The position numbers were made by a program, and so were the translations under genes. The notes beneath the pieces were generated by a model. That model searched no databases and was not told the DNA's origin. It saw only the letters and a list, made by a program, of their open reading frames with translations. DNA of 64,000 bases from Octopus sinensis (lineage: Eukaryota): NCBI RefSeq assembly GCF_006345805.1, contig NC_043013.1, forward strand, positions 27,714,001 to 27,778,000. Direction: 5' to 3'. This document shows positions 12,851-26,894 of this stretch, piece after piece. The stretch's first letter is position 1, and the number at the start of each line of letters is the position of its first letter.

Positions 12851-15800
12851 GTTGGTGCAAAGAGGAAAAATAGGACTCAAAATATGAGTATATTTATATA
12901 TTTTAAATTAATATTTAGCAGAAGCAACACAGTGACTCAAGGTCTGAGAGTTTCGTACGTTGGCATTTATCAAACTAGTTTACATATGTTTCGTCTTAAC
13001 TGTCGGAAAAGGAAGTATTCCAATCCATAGCAGAGATTAATAATATATGTAATTATACTCAAGTCAGCCTCCACCAAGATTATATATAATTTACACACAC
13101 ACTGGACACATATTCTGATTGTGCTAAATGATGATGTTAAATATTCCCGGCATCCTTATAACTCATGTATCACGATTTGATTTGATCTGATCGTAATTTG
13201 TTTTGAAATCTAATAATATACACTCATAAACAAATAGTAAGTCTAGTTGAAGAATTGTGTTGAAAGTTTGTATATTTATTTTTAAGTAATGGTTACGCCA
13301 GAGCAGTTGGTTCAGTGCGGTACCTTGTACTTAACTACCTCCCCTATGACAACAACCTTACGCCACTGGTGTTCATTAAACGGCATTTGTTCTATCGCTG
13401 GATGGAATACTTTTTGTGTTGATCCCACAAACAACGGAACAGTGTATATATATATATATATATATGCATCATTTAAGCAACATATTTCAACCGCTCCATT
13501 TTAGTTAGCGTATGGTTGAAACCAGTTTTTCAAGCGTTTGATTTTAGTGTCCATGTTTGAAGGTGACACGCAGTTATGAATGGAGTCATCATAAAATTTA
13601 CGAGTATGCTGCTCTAAGAATATTCCATGGGCTTGAAGTGGGAGGGGAGAGATTCCAGCTTTGCTATTACTACTCTTCGTCAACTAAGCTCAACTATGTT
13701 ACTTAGTGGAAATAATGCAGTTGTCTATAGCTGAGCAGACATTCTTAATGAAGCTATTTTTCATCATTTCGTAATATTTTTCACTTTCAACATATACATT
13801 TAAAGAAAGCCATCGCCGATCAATAGACGCCGTCAGGTTGTTATTTGAAGTTTATGTTGTGATTTGGTGTTTTGTCCCAGATTAGCTCCGACTGAGATTT
13901 ATGAAAGGCATTTCAGCAGTAACCGGCTTTTTTCCCCCAGCCCGGGCCTGGCTAAAACTACATCATCTAATGTATCTTTTTTACTTTTTAGATTGTAGGG
14001 TTTACGGTTTGAGGGAAATTCGACTACTATTTCAAACAGCTTGCTCATTGATTCAGGTGCGTGAGGTCAATACTGGCTGGATAGCCCTGGCATTCCAGTC
14101 TTGACGGTCACATCGTTTTCCGAAATACGCTGCCCCCACATTTTTTTAAGCAGTAAGGAGTGACTTGAGTGAGATTTGGTGGTTATTTGTTGCTGCATAT
14201 CGAGCAACCGTAGCGGCCCCTTGTTTTGTTTACTCAGATGTTTATTTAATATGTAGACACACGTATAGGCGGCTGTGTTCAATAAGCTTGCTTCTCAATC
14301 ATGTAGTTTTGGGGCAAGTGTCTTCTACTCTGGCCGACCAAAGCCTTGTGAGTGGATTTGGTGGACGGAAACTTAAAGAAGTCCTTCAAACAGGTTGATA
14401 GAATTCTTGTCTCTGGTTGGAAAGGAATCTTTGGAACATTCGGATTGGATAGTTGGTTCCCTGCGTTCATTTCCACACGTCATGCTTCTAAGATATTAAC
14501 ATGAATTGCGCACGTCACTGTCATGGTGATATATACTTTTAGGTGGTATCTTTTTGTCTCTTATTTGTTGCAGTCTTTTGACTGCGGCTATGCTGGAGCA
14601 CTGCTTCGAACATATCGACCTCCGTACTCATTTTCAAGTCTGGTACTTATTCTATCAATCTCTTTTGCCGAACTGCTGGTTATGAGAACGTACACAAATC
14701 ATCATCAGTTGTCCGTCGGTGGTAGTAGGACTGACACACACATACGACAGGCTTCTTTCAGTTTCCGTCTCCCAAACCCACCCACAAGGCTTTGATCAGC
14801 CCATTGCTATAGTAGAAGACACTTGCCCAAGGTGTTGCCCTGTGGGATTGAACCTAAGATCGCATTGTTGGGAAGCAAGTTTCTTAACCACACTACCACA
14901 TCTGCACCTATAAGTACATCCAGATCGTAAATAAACATCCGAATAAACCACAGAAAAGTGAATGGCTACTCAGGTTTTATTATTTTATCCAATCCTTTAT
15001 TGTTTACCTGAATTAAATGCTTCTTAGAGGGCATTTTCTGATTTCCATGTCTAGTTGAATATTCTTAAGCTTGAAAACTGTTGATAGTACTGGTAAATAT
15101 TTAGAAAGAAATTTTATGGTCCGTGGGCCACCTTTCTCGTATTTTTCTATAGTTTATTTATTCATTGTCATATTAATCACGAAACTACAATGGTTTCTTT
15201 TCTAATCTTGAAGTTGTTAATACAGAGCTATCTCTCTCTACTTAAGGCTACTCTATTTACTCTGTCTTCCCTCCACTATGACTATTGTTACTGCCGATAC
15301 AATGAAAAGACCTCTATTTGACCTGCAAGATATACCAAGTCCTCTTAAAATCGCTCCCACGCTTTGTCATCTTAAAAAAGGAAGTACACGTTTGATAATG
15401 TTGCATAAAATGACAACCCATGCCAGCATGAAAAACAGACGTTAAATGATCATGATAACATGAATATAACTGGAACATTTTTGTCAAGTGTCTGTTGAGC
15501 TAAACAGTTACTGATATACTACCTTTGAGACATATACTAAGCATTTTCTCTCATCCTTTCATCACTGAACCTCTGTCTTTCAAAAGCCATGCTAAACTTA
15601 TTCAGTTATCACCATCTCTAGCACTGAGTATCTAAAGAGGTTATGGGTACTTCTCCATTTCTTAGACTAACTGCTTGCAAACTAATATGTTAATTTATAT
15701 CAAAAGCCAATGTCAAACTGTTAATCCATGGGCTTCTTTTATTCTGTGGATCAGTAATAACCTTGATCTTTATTATTGCTCAAACAAATATCTTTCTATT

Positions 15801-18708
15801 CACTGGACATTCTGAGATATAGGTTTACATTCAGTTCTTCGTTAAGCACCATATCAAACCCATTTATGTCTACAAATTCTGAATCACTGAGAGCTGGAAA
15901 GAGGCTTGAAGAGTATGGATATACTGATCAACAACACTTCTAAGACAGAGATATGGTGACCTCAATAACACTAGTGTCATGAAAAAAAGCGCCCAAAACA
16001 CTGTAATGTGGTTGGCATTAGAAAGGGCATCCGGCCATAGAAACCATACCAAAGTAGACATTGGACCCACTTGATCCTGTTGAACTGTCCAACCCATGCT
16101 AGCATAGAACATGGATGTTAAGTGATGATGATGATAACGACGTACACATACTATATATATTTAAAACTTATTGACTGAATGTGAGAATTTATTCAGGTAC
16201 ACGGAAAGTTTCAATCAATGAGGGACTACAAAATTGCTGTAGGGGAGTTTACACAAATGAAACGAAGTGGCTATAATGGGGGAATTAAGAACCTTATCGT
16301 AGACATTAACTATACAGTAACTATACGGCCCTTACTTACAGTTATTTGTTTATTTTAGTTATTTTAATATTGATCAGATTATTCTATGACTTAAACAAAT
16401 CTTCTGTTGTCAAAACAGTGTCATTGCTACTTATAATATTTGTTCAACTGTGGCACAAACTGGGAACAGGAGTGTTCCACTACCTCTCACTGTTTTAGCT
16501 TTATTATATATAGCCTAGCTTTCTGAGACCTAATTTCTGTTCTAGCTTTATTATATATCACCTTGCTCACTGACCTTTCTCTAAAGTTTTGATGTAACTG
16601 TTTTGTTTAATCAGAATTTTAAAGTTTCATTGCTCCTATATATATAGCAGTGCTCTTATATATAACCCAAATGCATCCATGCTTGTATACAGCCAAATTT
16701 GTTGGCTATATTAGAAGTTTGCTTCTAATTAAATTCCCTATCTCTTTTCCTTGTTTTCTGTATTATTTATAAAACAAGATGTTTTAACACCCCAGTTAAA
16801 ATAAACATAGATGGGTAACATCTGTCTTATAAATTTTACTCACCATATAAGTATATATATCTTTCCCTTACAACTCATCTTCCTAACACACCCTCCTCCT
16901 GTCTGTGATCACCACACACCAAATTTCCCTTCCTCTCTATCTTCTACTCCTTTCACATTCTTGCAGACTTACCCACTTATGTACATCTTCATGTAACTTG
17001 AAGGTATGCCCCAGCACCTTCAACAGTCTCTTTCTTTTTCCAGCTTGAGTAGCCTTGTATCTCCTCTACTGCAAAACACTTGTTTCTGTCCTTCTATCAT
17101 ACTTTAACCTCTCATCATTTGGTACAAAGCCACCTCCCTCAGCACTGCTCCCTGCTTAGTTGAGAGGTTTTTGTCTTGCTGGTGCTAGTGTCATGTAAAA
17201 CAGGACCCAGTACACTCTGTAAAGTGGTTGGCAGTAGGAAGGGCATCAAGTCATAAAAGCCATACCAAAACAGACAGCAGAGCCTGGTGCAGTCTTCTGG
17301 CTTGCCAGTTCCTGTCAAACCACCCAACACAAATGATGATGATGATATTCTGTTCTCTACAGAAGTTTTGTTAAGTATCATCATTTAACATCTCTTTTCC
17401 ATGCTGGCATGGGTTGGACAGTCTAGCAAGAGCTAGCAAACCAAAGAGCTGCACCAGGCTCCAGTTGTTTGTTTTGACATTAATTCTTTGGTTGAATGTC
17501 CTTCCTAACACAAACCACTTTCAGAATGTACTGGGTGTTTTTTTATGTGGCATCAGTACAAGTGCTTTCTACATAGCACCAACATAGGTGCCTTTTATGT
17601 GGTACCTGCACAGGTGCCTTTTGTGTGTGGCACAGAGTCATGGCTGGAATATCTTTGATTGTACATCTGCTCTTTCACAGTTATTCCAGGGTTAATAAAC
17701 ACCAAACAGCTTATCTATTTATGCAGATAATCCCCAAGTTTTGGGCAACACCTTCACTTCTGACATATGTGGTAAAACTAGCTTTGTTTCTTTTTGAATG
17801 TGAACTTTTTGAATGTGAACTTTTAGAGTATAAGTGTTCAGAAGAATCTTATTTTTGTTCAATTTGCTTAGTCAGACTCCTAGAGATGTGATCTGTGTTA
17901 AAGAGGCTTACACACAGTGCTAAAGGTACTAAACAGGTATTCTTTAAAATATATATTTGAAGAGAGAGCCTCTTCATCAGTGGTTCTCAACCATTTCTTT
18001 TTATCTATAGACCCCTCTTGATTCCTATTTTACTTGGATGAATCCCATAGCTATCAGATGTTAAAAAAATCCTATTATATTTTTATAATTAGATATTATC
18101 AGGAATTGTATAAGAAAAATTGTTAAAATATTTTGTGTGCTGTAGAAGTATAACCAGTTTATTGCACATAAATGTTGACAATAAAATCTTATGTGGATCC
18201 TGGTTGAAATAATTAATAAATAATAATGAAATTATTGTATACAGTGCTCAGCTGCAAAAGTGCGTATAAAGCATATGCAGTAATGTACAATGCGGTGCAC
18301 AAATTGGAGTGCGTCTTTTATGCCATCAAATACGTTACGTCATAAAACCGGACAATTGACCACGTTCAACGCTTAAATTTAAGGGGAAATAACTCGAGAG
18401 TTCTCTGAATCTTTTAGTCGGTACAGTTTCTAGATTAACCACAGATTATTGTCGTGCATAATAATTGGATCATAATAGTTAAAAAAGAAAACAGAGAAAA
18501 TTTTCTACAATTTGTGGTAGGAAGTACAATCGAGTATATTGGCTCGAATACTTCACTGGTTCTCTATTTTATTGACTCTTGAAAGGACGGAAGTTGTCCT
18601 GGGTGAGATTTTTACTCGGAAATATGAAGGGCCGTAACTAAGTAACACAAATATTTTGTCGCATGCTCTAACGTTTCTTTCAATCCACGGCCATTTGCTA
18701 AATAAAAA

Positions 18709-19088
18709 ATAACGAGCACTCAAGAGAGCGCAAACCTCCGCCAAGGCAACTCTAGCACCTTCTCAACGATTAGCGGGAGATGATTTTTAAAATGAGAATA
18801 TCTGAAATAAACTCGACTGCTCTCACGAACGAGAATACTAAAAATATACCCGGGCCGCTCTCAATAATTAAGTATAAATAAAAAAAAAACCCTGGAAAAG
18901 CAATCCAGAATCCTTGTCCGGTATCGGATCGATCCCAAAATGTAATCAATTCGTGCCAATCATGAGACCAAACATCCCTGAAAGCTTCATCCAAATGCAT
19001 TCAGCGATTCTTGAGATATCTTGTCCAATGACAAACAAACAAACACGGCTGAAAAGAATACATCCACCTTCGCTAAGGTGGAGGTAAT
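18709..19088 (+). mobile_element. Non-autonomous Helentron-associated (HINE/DINE-1-like) element
   Basis: 5' GAGCACTCAAGAGAGCGCAAACCTCCGCC; 3' (ACAA)n then hairpin TCCACCTT-CGCT-AAGGTGGA whose end GGTGGAGGT is complementary (one mismatch) to the 5' ACCTCCGCC. Confidence 0.55.
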
Positions 19089-19089
19089 A

Positions 19090-19755
19090 ATCCTTTCTTC
19101 TATAGGCACAAGGCCTGAAAATTGGGGGCGGTGGGAAAGTAAGTCGATTACATCGACCCCAGTGCTCAACCGATACTTATTTTATCAACCCTGAAAGGAT
19201 GAGAGGCAAAGTCGACCTCGGCATAATTTGAACTCGGAACATAAGGCCTGACGAAATGCCGCGAATCATTTTGTTCAGCATGCTAACGAGTCTGCCAGCT
19301 CGCAAATAATAATAATGATTCTCATCGTTTGTAAAATAAGCACAAGACCTGAAATTTTGGTGGGAGAGGGTTAGTCGATTGCATCGATCCTAGCACTCAA
19401 CTGACCCTTATTTTATTGATCTTGAAGGGACGTAAAGCAAGATCGACTTCAGCATTATTTGAACTCAGAACGTAAAGAGCTAGAAGAAATGTTGCTAAGC
19501 ATTTTGTCATATGTCCTGATAGTTTAGTCAGCTTGCTGCCATAATAATAGTGGTCTCAGATTTTGATACAAGATCAGCAATTTCAGGAGAAGGCCAAAGT
19601 CGATTACATCAATCCCAGTGTTCAACAGTTATCCATTTTATCACTCCTGAAAGGATGAAAGGCAAAGTTGGCTTTGGTGGAATTTGAAATCAGAATGCAA
19701 AGACAGATGGAATACCACTAAGCACTTTCTCCGGCATACTAACGATGCTGCCATA
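19090..19755 (-). mobile_element. Head-to-tail array of three family B SINEs
   Basis: Three repeats of GTCGATTACATCGACCCCAGT...AAAGTCGACC...AATTTGAACTC...CTGCCAGC separated by ATAATAAT. Confidence 0.85.
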
Positions 19756-19835
19756 ATAATGAAAAGAAATTAGGGATAATCATGTGTTGAAATTTTGGGC
19801 AAAAATGTCTGAAAGAAGAGCGAAAGAAAAACTTC

Positions 19836-20240
19836 AGGCATAGGAGTGGCTGTGTGGTAAGTAGCTTGCTTACAAACCACATGGTTCCGTGTTCAGTCCC
19901 AGTGTGTGGCACCTTGGGCAAGTGTCTTCTACTATAGCCTTGGGCTGACCAAAGCCTTGTGAGTGGATTCGGTACACAGAAACTGAAAGAAATCCATTGT
20001 GTATATATATATATATGTATGTGTGTGTGTATATGTTTGTGTGCCTGTGTTTGTCCTCCCAACATCGCTTGACAACTGATGCTGGTGTATTTACATCCCC
20101 GTAACTTAGCGGTCCGGCAAAAGAGACCAATAGAATAAGTATTAGGCTTACAAAGAATATGTCCTGGGGTCTATTTGCTCGACTAAAGGCGGTACTCCAG
20201 CATGACCACAGTCAAACGACTGAAACAAGTAAAAGAGTAA
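19836..20240 (+). mobile_element. Full-length tRNA-derived SINE, family A (CORE-like CCTTGGGCAAGT, internal TA/GT microsatellite)
   Basis: GTGGCTGTGTGGTAAG head, GTTCAGTCC B-box-like, ACTGAAACAAGTAAAAGAG tail. Related copies at about 4028-4331(-), 8475-8690(+), 14560-14910(-), 22450-22820(+), 23680-24070(+), 41800-42180(+), 45060-45250(-), 57730-58150(-). Confidence 0.9.
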
Positions 20241-20377
20241 AACGTAGTTGAAGTTGTTTAAAAGTTATCAGCATGAAATATAAAATATATTGCTGATCCT
20301 CACAAATCCTATATTTAATGACAGCTTATCCCACAATAATCATGAGCTGGCTCTGGTTAAATGAAAATATACTTTTT

Positions 20378-20584
20378 TACTTGTTTCAGTCATTTGACTG
20401 TGGCCATACTGGAGCACCGCCTTTAGTTGAGCAAATTGACCCCGGGACTTAGTCTTTGTAACCCCAGTACTTATTCTATCGCTCTCTTTTGCCGAACTGC
20501 TAAGTGACTGGGACGTAAACACAGCAGCATCGGTTGTCAAGCAACACTAGGAGGACAAACACAGACACACAAACATATACACAC

Positions 20585-20648
<64 letters not shown>

Positions 20649-20803
20649 GATAGGCTTCTTTCAGTTTCCGTCTACCAAATCCACTCACAATGCATTGGTC
20701 GGCCCGGGCTATAGCAGAAGACACTTGCCCAAGGTGCCACGTAGTGGGACTGAACCCGGAACCATGTGGTTGGTAAGCAAGCTACTTACCACACAGCCAC
20801 TCC
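20378..20803 (-). mobile_element. Full-length family A SINE, inverted relative to the 19836 copy
   Basis: Reverse complement of the family A sequence with a long internal (TA)n. Confidence 0.9.
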
Positions 20804-21049
20804 TTATGGATAAAATAAAATTCAAACTAAATTCATGTATGTATATCGTATGTGGGTTATATCACATTCTGCAATGTTTGATATACTTTGGAGAATTATG
20901 TGTGTTGTTAAATTTAATTTCTTCTGTTTCTGTTGTTAAACAGTACTGTTAGGATTAATGGTGCCAAATGGTTGTCCTAAAAGGAGGAATAGAAGAAAGT
21001 CTGTAACAAGGAACAGCATTGGGAAATTAGGTGGGAAATATATCAAGTG

Positions 21050-21690
21050 CATATGTGCGTAGCTGTGTGGTAAGAAGTTTGCTTCCCAGTCACATGGTCT
21101 TGGGTTCAGTCACACCACATGGTACCTTGGCCTCAGGTCACCCAAACCTTTGTGAGTGAATTTGATTAAAGGAAACTGGAAGAGGTCTGATGTATGTAGG
21201 TATGTATGAATGTGTGTATATACATATGTGTGTGTATATATGTATATATATGTGTGTGTGTATATATGTATATGTATATATGTGTGTGTGTGTATATATG
21301 TATATGTATATATGTGTGTGTGTATATGTATATATGTGTGTGTGTGTATATGTATATATGTGTGTGTGTGTATATATATGTATATGTGTGTGTGTATATA
21401 TATGTATGTGTGTGTGTATATATATGTATATGTGTATGTGTGTGTATATCTATATATATATGTATATGTGTGTGTGTGAGTGTTATTGTCTCCTTGCCAT
21501 GACTTCAGGTGATTGTTGTAAATGTCGCTAACAAGCAAGTGATGTCCTTTGTTTCCAATCTTCTGTGAAAACAATATCTGCTCATGGGGAATATTACCTT
21601 ACTTGGAAACGAGTTGGCGACAGGAAGGGCATCAGGCTATAACAAATCCGCCTCAAATGAATTCCATGCAAGCATGGAAAAGTGAATGGC
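21050..21690 (+). mobile_element. Composite SINE: family A head, expanded (TA/TG)n, family C-type tail
   Basis: Family A head to GGAAACTGGAAGAGG, about 290 bp microsatellite, then GTTGGCGACAGGAAGGGCATC...GCAAGCATGGAAAAGTG. Confidence 0.75.
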
Positions 21691-24688
21691 AAACAATGAC
21701 TTTATAAATATACGCTAATAATAGCTCAGAATTTGGAAACTTTCGGAGTTGTCTCCCTTGTTTAGCCAGCAAATAGTTGTTGGTCAAACCTTCAGGTTTT
21801 TACTTGGTCATTATTACTTCTGAAATTGAAAACGAAAGATAAAGTCTTTATAACATAAATATGTGGACCAGAGTCTCTTGATAATTACCTGCTAATTAAC
21901 ATCAGAATACAGTTCAATGCCATCTGGAGAGTGGTTTTGTTCAATATATAGAAGAGAATAGGTAGGAACAAATCAATACTGTGGACTCAATGCAAATGAT
22001 GGTTATAGAAAAAAAAAGTACAGTGGATGTTCCCGGCATACTGATTAAGAAGCAGGACTTCATACGTAATGGAAGTACTGGCTTGAGCCCTTCACTCTTA
22101 ATGGAGCTATCAATGATTTTTCTCCAATCTCTTGATTATGGGCTGTCTTTTCTTCTCCCTGGTCTTGTTGGTTTTTGAATTGACATTTCTCTCACTTTAC
22201 TTTCTATTAGATGGTAGGATAGGTGTGTTGGCTCTAACTAGACTCATTTTTACCTCTGGGTAGAGGTGGTCCCTATTAGTCTGGTCTCCATCCTTTGATG
22301 TATCCAATAAGGGAGGCTCCATCAGGAGTTTGCACTCTGCTGCCATAGTTACCAAAGTCATACCACATTGCAACAAGGACTGAACTTTGAGGTAATCAAT
22401 TGTTGGAACACTCCTTAGATTATTCATTATTAGATGAAGACAGGTATCTGAGGCACAGGCGTGGGTGGGTGTGAAGAAGCTTGCTTCCCACTCACATGGT
22501 TCTGAGTTCAGTCCCACCACATGGCACATTAGGCAAGTGTCTTCTATTATATCCTCTGGCTGACCAAATACTTGTGAGTGGATTTGATAGAAGGAAACTG
22601 AAGAAAGTCTGTCATGTGGATGTGTGTGTGTGTCTGTTTGTCCCCCATCACTGCTTGACAACCAGTGTTGGTGTGTTTATGTCCACATAACTTAGCAGAT
22701 TGGCAAAAGAGACCTATGTAATAATTACCAAGCTTTTTTTTTAGAAATAACAACTAAAAATTCTTCAAGACAGTGCCCCAGTATGACCACAGTCTAATGA
22801 CTGAAACAAGAAAAAAAATATATATTCCTAATGTGAGATGAAGTTAGATGATGTGAGATATTTATCCTCTTTACTATTATAAACAACCACTTATCCCCAC
22901 TGATTATATCAGTCTGGATTATTTACACTAGTAATATCAATCCAATGTGAGAACCTCTATGTCAGTGGTTTTCAACCTTTTCTAAATCCAGAACCTGGGC
23001 CACACCATAAAAAGTAAAACGCAAATCAGTCAAAGAAAAATTTATTTATTTATGCATGAAGCCCTGGGAGACGCAATTAAGAACTGTTCAACTTACTAAC
23101 GAGTCCTTCAAATCTAGCTAAATCTAACCCTATTGTCAAAAAAAAAAGGACATATTGAATAATGTTGTCCTTGATACATTGGCTGAAAAGAAGAGACGAG
23201 GTTGTCACGGTTAGAACGTCTGTAATCATAGTTTTTTGGATGAGAGTTCTGGTGTAGACTAGACTTGATCCACAGTCTATAATGGTAAAAATACAATCGA
23301 TTTTTACGGCCTATCAAGGGAAATAACTTGCAGGGTTTCTTTTTCTGTTCCACGTTTACATTCACTTGTAGATTGATGACTTGTGCGGCATGATTTGGGT
23401 AAAATAAGTTAAAGGTCAGAGCTATCCATACTCAGTACCACAATCATGATTACATTGCTCAGGTTAGTTGATAGGCTGTTTCAAGTGTTTGGTTTCGTTT
23501 TGGACAGACCTATTTTATTAGAAATGGTGCCAAAGTATAACCCTTTTTTATGTAGAAAGTTAGAAGAACTTGACTCCTTGGTTTTCTTATTAATGAATGC
23601 CAAAGACCAGTGGTTGTGAAGCAGTGTTTCGAATTATGAGGGCCAGGAGTTATTGTCGCTTGAGAACATTATTATAATCACATGGAGTGGCTGTATGGTA
23701 AGTAGCTTGCATACCAACGACATGGTTCAGTCCCACTGTGTGGCACCTTGGGCAAGTGTCTTCTACTATAGAGTCAGGCTGACCAAAGCCTTGTGAGTGG
23801 ATTAGGTTGATGGAAACTGAAAGAGGCCCGTCGCGTATTTATATATGTATATATATATATATATATATAAATAAGTATATGTTTGTTCTCCCTCCATCAT
23901 TTGACAACTGATGTTGGTGTGTTTGCATCCCTGTAACTTAGCAGTTTGGCAAAAGAGACTGATAGAATAAGTACTAAGCTTAGAAAGAATAAGTCCTGGT
24001 GTCAATTTGTTCGACTAAAGGTGGTGCTCCAGCATGGCTGCAGTCAAATGACTGAAACAAGTAAAAGAATCTTGATTATAAAATTTGATTATACAATGTA
24101 TTTGAAATTTGTTCAATATTTATTGGGAAGTGTAGTTGGCTGAGTGGAGGAGGTGTTAACTAAGAGCTGAAAGATTGATGGTTCCTGGTAGGCACTGCGT
24201 TTTGTCATTGACTGAACAGATACTGTATTTTTTGGTATACAAGTCAACATAGTATATAGTGTAAATATTGAAACAGCACCATCCCTAACTTTGCAAATCT
24301 TGCTGCATTTCACATGGAATTATTGGTCTACCAAAATTGTCTTAGTGTGTAAGTCAACCTATGTTTTTTTACTGTTAATTTTGGTCTGAAAAATTCGATT
24401 TGTATGGTGGAAAATATGATATATCATATAACTAGCATGTATTTAACTTACAGATCTGATTTTAATGTTCTCAAATTAGTTTGGGGTGAGGAATGTGGTT
24501 TAGCCATTCAAACTAACTTACTGTAGATGATACAATTGGAGTTTAAAGGGTTTCCCTCTTAAGACACAAAGGGTTTTAGAAATCTCTGCTTTATATATTT
24601 ATCATAATCATTTATTTACAGATTTGTGTTATATAAATTGCATTTTCTAAGTACCTCATTGTGTTTACCTTTTTATTTTTTTTTTTAG

Positions 24689-24777
24689 TCTGGAGGTACC
24701 ATTGTTCCATTAGAAAGCCGAACTGTACGTTTTATTGACAACTTCAGCCAGGGGACCCGTGGATCAGCATCAGCTGA
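24689..24777 (+). CDS. PPCS: PPCS exon 2 ([30 protein letters not shown])
   Basis: Poly-T TAG acceptor, GA|GTATCC donor, 89 nt. Contains the [13 protein letters not shown] signature. Confidence 0.96.
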
Positions 24778-25159
24778 GTATCCTTATTCTGTGTTTTTTT
24801 TTTAAAAACTTTATATTATACGAATTTATATTTGCTTTTACTATTTTCAAAATGATGTCTTGTTTAGTAACTTTGATAAAATCTTTAAGACAGAAAAAGG
24901 GGAAAAAGAATCATCATCATCATCATCGTTTAACATCCGTTTTACATGTTAGCATGGGTTGGACGGTTCGACTGGGGTCTGGGAATCCAGGAGGCTGCAC
25001 CAGGCACCAATCTGATCTGGTAGTGTTTCTACAGCTGGATGCCCTTCCTAACACCAACCACTCCGTGAGTGTAGTGTGTTAGCAAAAGGGAAAGTAGACT
25101 AACTAGTCTCAAGCACCAATACTTAATGAAATCAATGGACTGACTAATTCTACAATATA

Positions 25160-25305
25160 ATAATATCAAAAATACCTTAGGAATGAGAGCCCAGGTTTTA
25201 AATTTCCCCAAGACACCTGATGAAGGCTGGAGGGTATATCAGCTGAAACGTGTTAAAAACAAACACGATGAGGACAAATATCCATCAAATGTAAATAATG
25301 TAATT
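25160..25305 (+). mobile_element. Family E body without tRNA head, in PPCS intron 2
   Basis: GACAC CTGATGA AGGCTG...CAGCT GAAAC GTGTT at 25212-25254 plus the shared downstream tail. Confidence 0.8.
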
Positions 25306-26206
25306 CTACCATATATCAGTGAAAAGATGTTGATGGAAAATATTGAAAGGAATTTGGAATTTCCTGATTTCAATTGCCATACTTAAAGGATTTGGAGGAA
25401 AGGACGTGAGAGAAGGGAGACTTACTATACATTAAAAACAGAACTTTGATTGATGTATCTACTATTGAAAAGGCAAAAAAATTGTAATTCTCATGCTTCA
25501 CCCACAGAATAGCAAGAAAGATTAAAAAATACTTTATTGGTCAGAGGTGTTCATCAATGGAGGGTCAAATCTATTTACTTTAGTTTGCTCACTTTGCTAC
25601 CACATGGTTTCAGATTTGATCCCACTGCATGGCACTTCAGGTAAATGTCTTCTATAAAAGGCATTGATATCTCCAGGCTGACCAATGCTTTGTGAGTGAA
25701 TCTGGTAAGTGGAAACTGCAGGAAGCCTGTCATATGGATGTGTGTGAATATATATGTTCCACACGTCACCCACTGCTTAAGCAAAATGATAATGAAGATG
25801 ACATTCCTTGTTGACATTATGATTTGTCTCTCTGCACTTTCAAAGGTTTCTAGAAAGAAACTTCTTGCTTAAAAATGGCTAAGGTTTGGTGAAAGGAAGA
25901 GCATTTGTTCATTTATATTTGTTTTTACATGTTTTTTTATTATACTAGCATCTGGCCATAGAATCCTGCCTCAAATTCTCACCAAATTCTTGTTAGCATA
26001 GGAAAAAAACAAATACTAAGGAAATTAATAAATTCACTAACCATTTAACATTCTTTCTAATATCAGCTTAAATTGAAGTTTCAAGGAAACTTTCCCACAT
26101 CTGATCTCATCTTGAAAATTTACCATTTTCCATTTATTTATTTAAAAAAAGCAAGCTCAATGATTTTATAGAAGGCAAATGTTATTTTCAATTAATTTGT
26201 AAATAG

Positions 26207-26346
26207 ATATTTTCTCAATAGTGGTTATGCAGTGATATTCTTACACCGAAACGGTTCTCTTGAGCCATATTCTCGCAATTTTTCACGGAAAAATCTACTT
26301 GATTTTCTTGAATTCCGTGAAGATGGCCAGGAACAGTCACTTGCAG
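26207..26346 (+). CDS. PPCS: PPCS exon 3 (YFLNSGYAVIFLHRNGSLEPYSR...QEQSLA)
   Basis: 140 nt, phases fit the neighbours (2 then 1), donor CAG|GTAAGT, GYAVIFLHR motif. Confidence 0.95.
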
Positions 26347-26894
26347 GTAAGTTTAATTAAAAATACTTCATTATCACAGTAATAATTTACTGTTACTTTT
26401 GTTTGTCTTTTCACCCTTTAGCACTCATATTATTCTGTCAGATGTAATGCCTTTTCATTCACATTGTTTTGAATTAATCATGCGTTATCCTGTAGGTTTC
26501 AGGGATTTTGATAATGTGATTGTTTATTTTTAGAATGGCATTGCAAGGTAGGTTTGAGAGGCTGGATCTGGCTAGTTTTAACATAAAACAGGTAGAATAT
26601 TTGGACCAGACATGGCTGGCTTGAATGCTAAAGGCTTAAAGAAATGTTGAAAAACCTTTCTCTAAATTTTAAAAGTTACATTGATTTTTCTCATGGTCTA
26701 AGGTGAAGGCTTCCAAAGTGGACAGCCCAGTTCTTTTTAACTCTTTGTCTGTCTGAAACATTTTCATAAGTTTCTCCTAAATGTTGATGGTTGTCTTCAG
26801 ACTTTTAGTTAGTCCCTTGTTCCATACGCCTGAGTAATATAAAGCTTTCCTTTCATAAGTCCCAAGTTATTCTGATGGTTGGAAAAATTTTAGA

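Noticed and set aside
13490-13690. PYANxNGAVE resembling an integrase motif
   Set aside because: Single short motif with an in-frame stop; no other integrase residues recognisable.
19836-19910. tRNA-like sequences with A and B boxes (many copies)
   Set aside because: They are SINE heads continuing into SINE bodies; no complete cloverleaf seen.
21720-22080. Possible Penelope 3' remnant with GGAG-ACAA-CTCC-GAAA stem II-like motif on the minus strand
   Set aside because: CUGAUGA core is missing and protein similarity is too degenerate to support.
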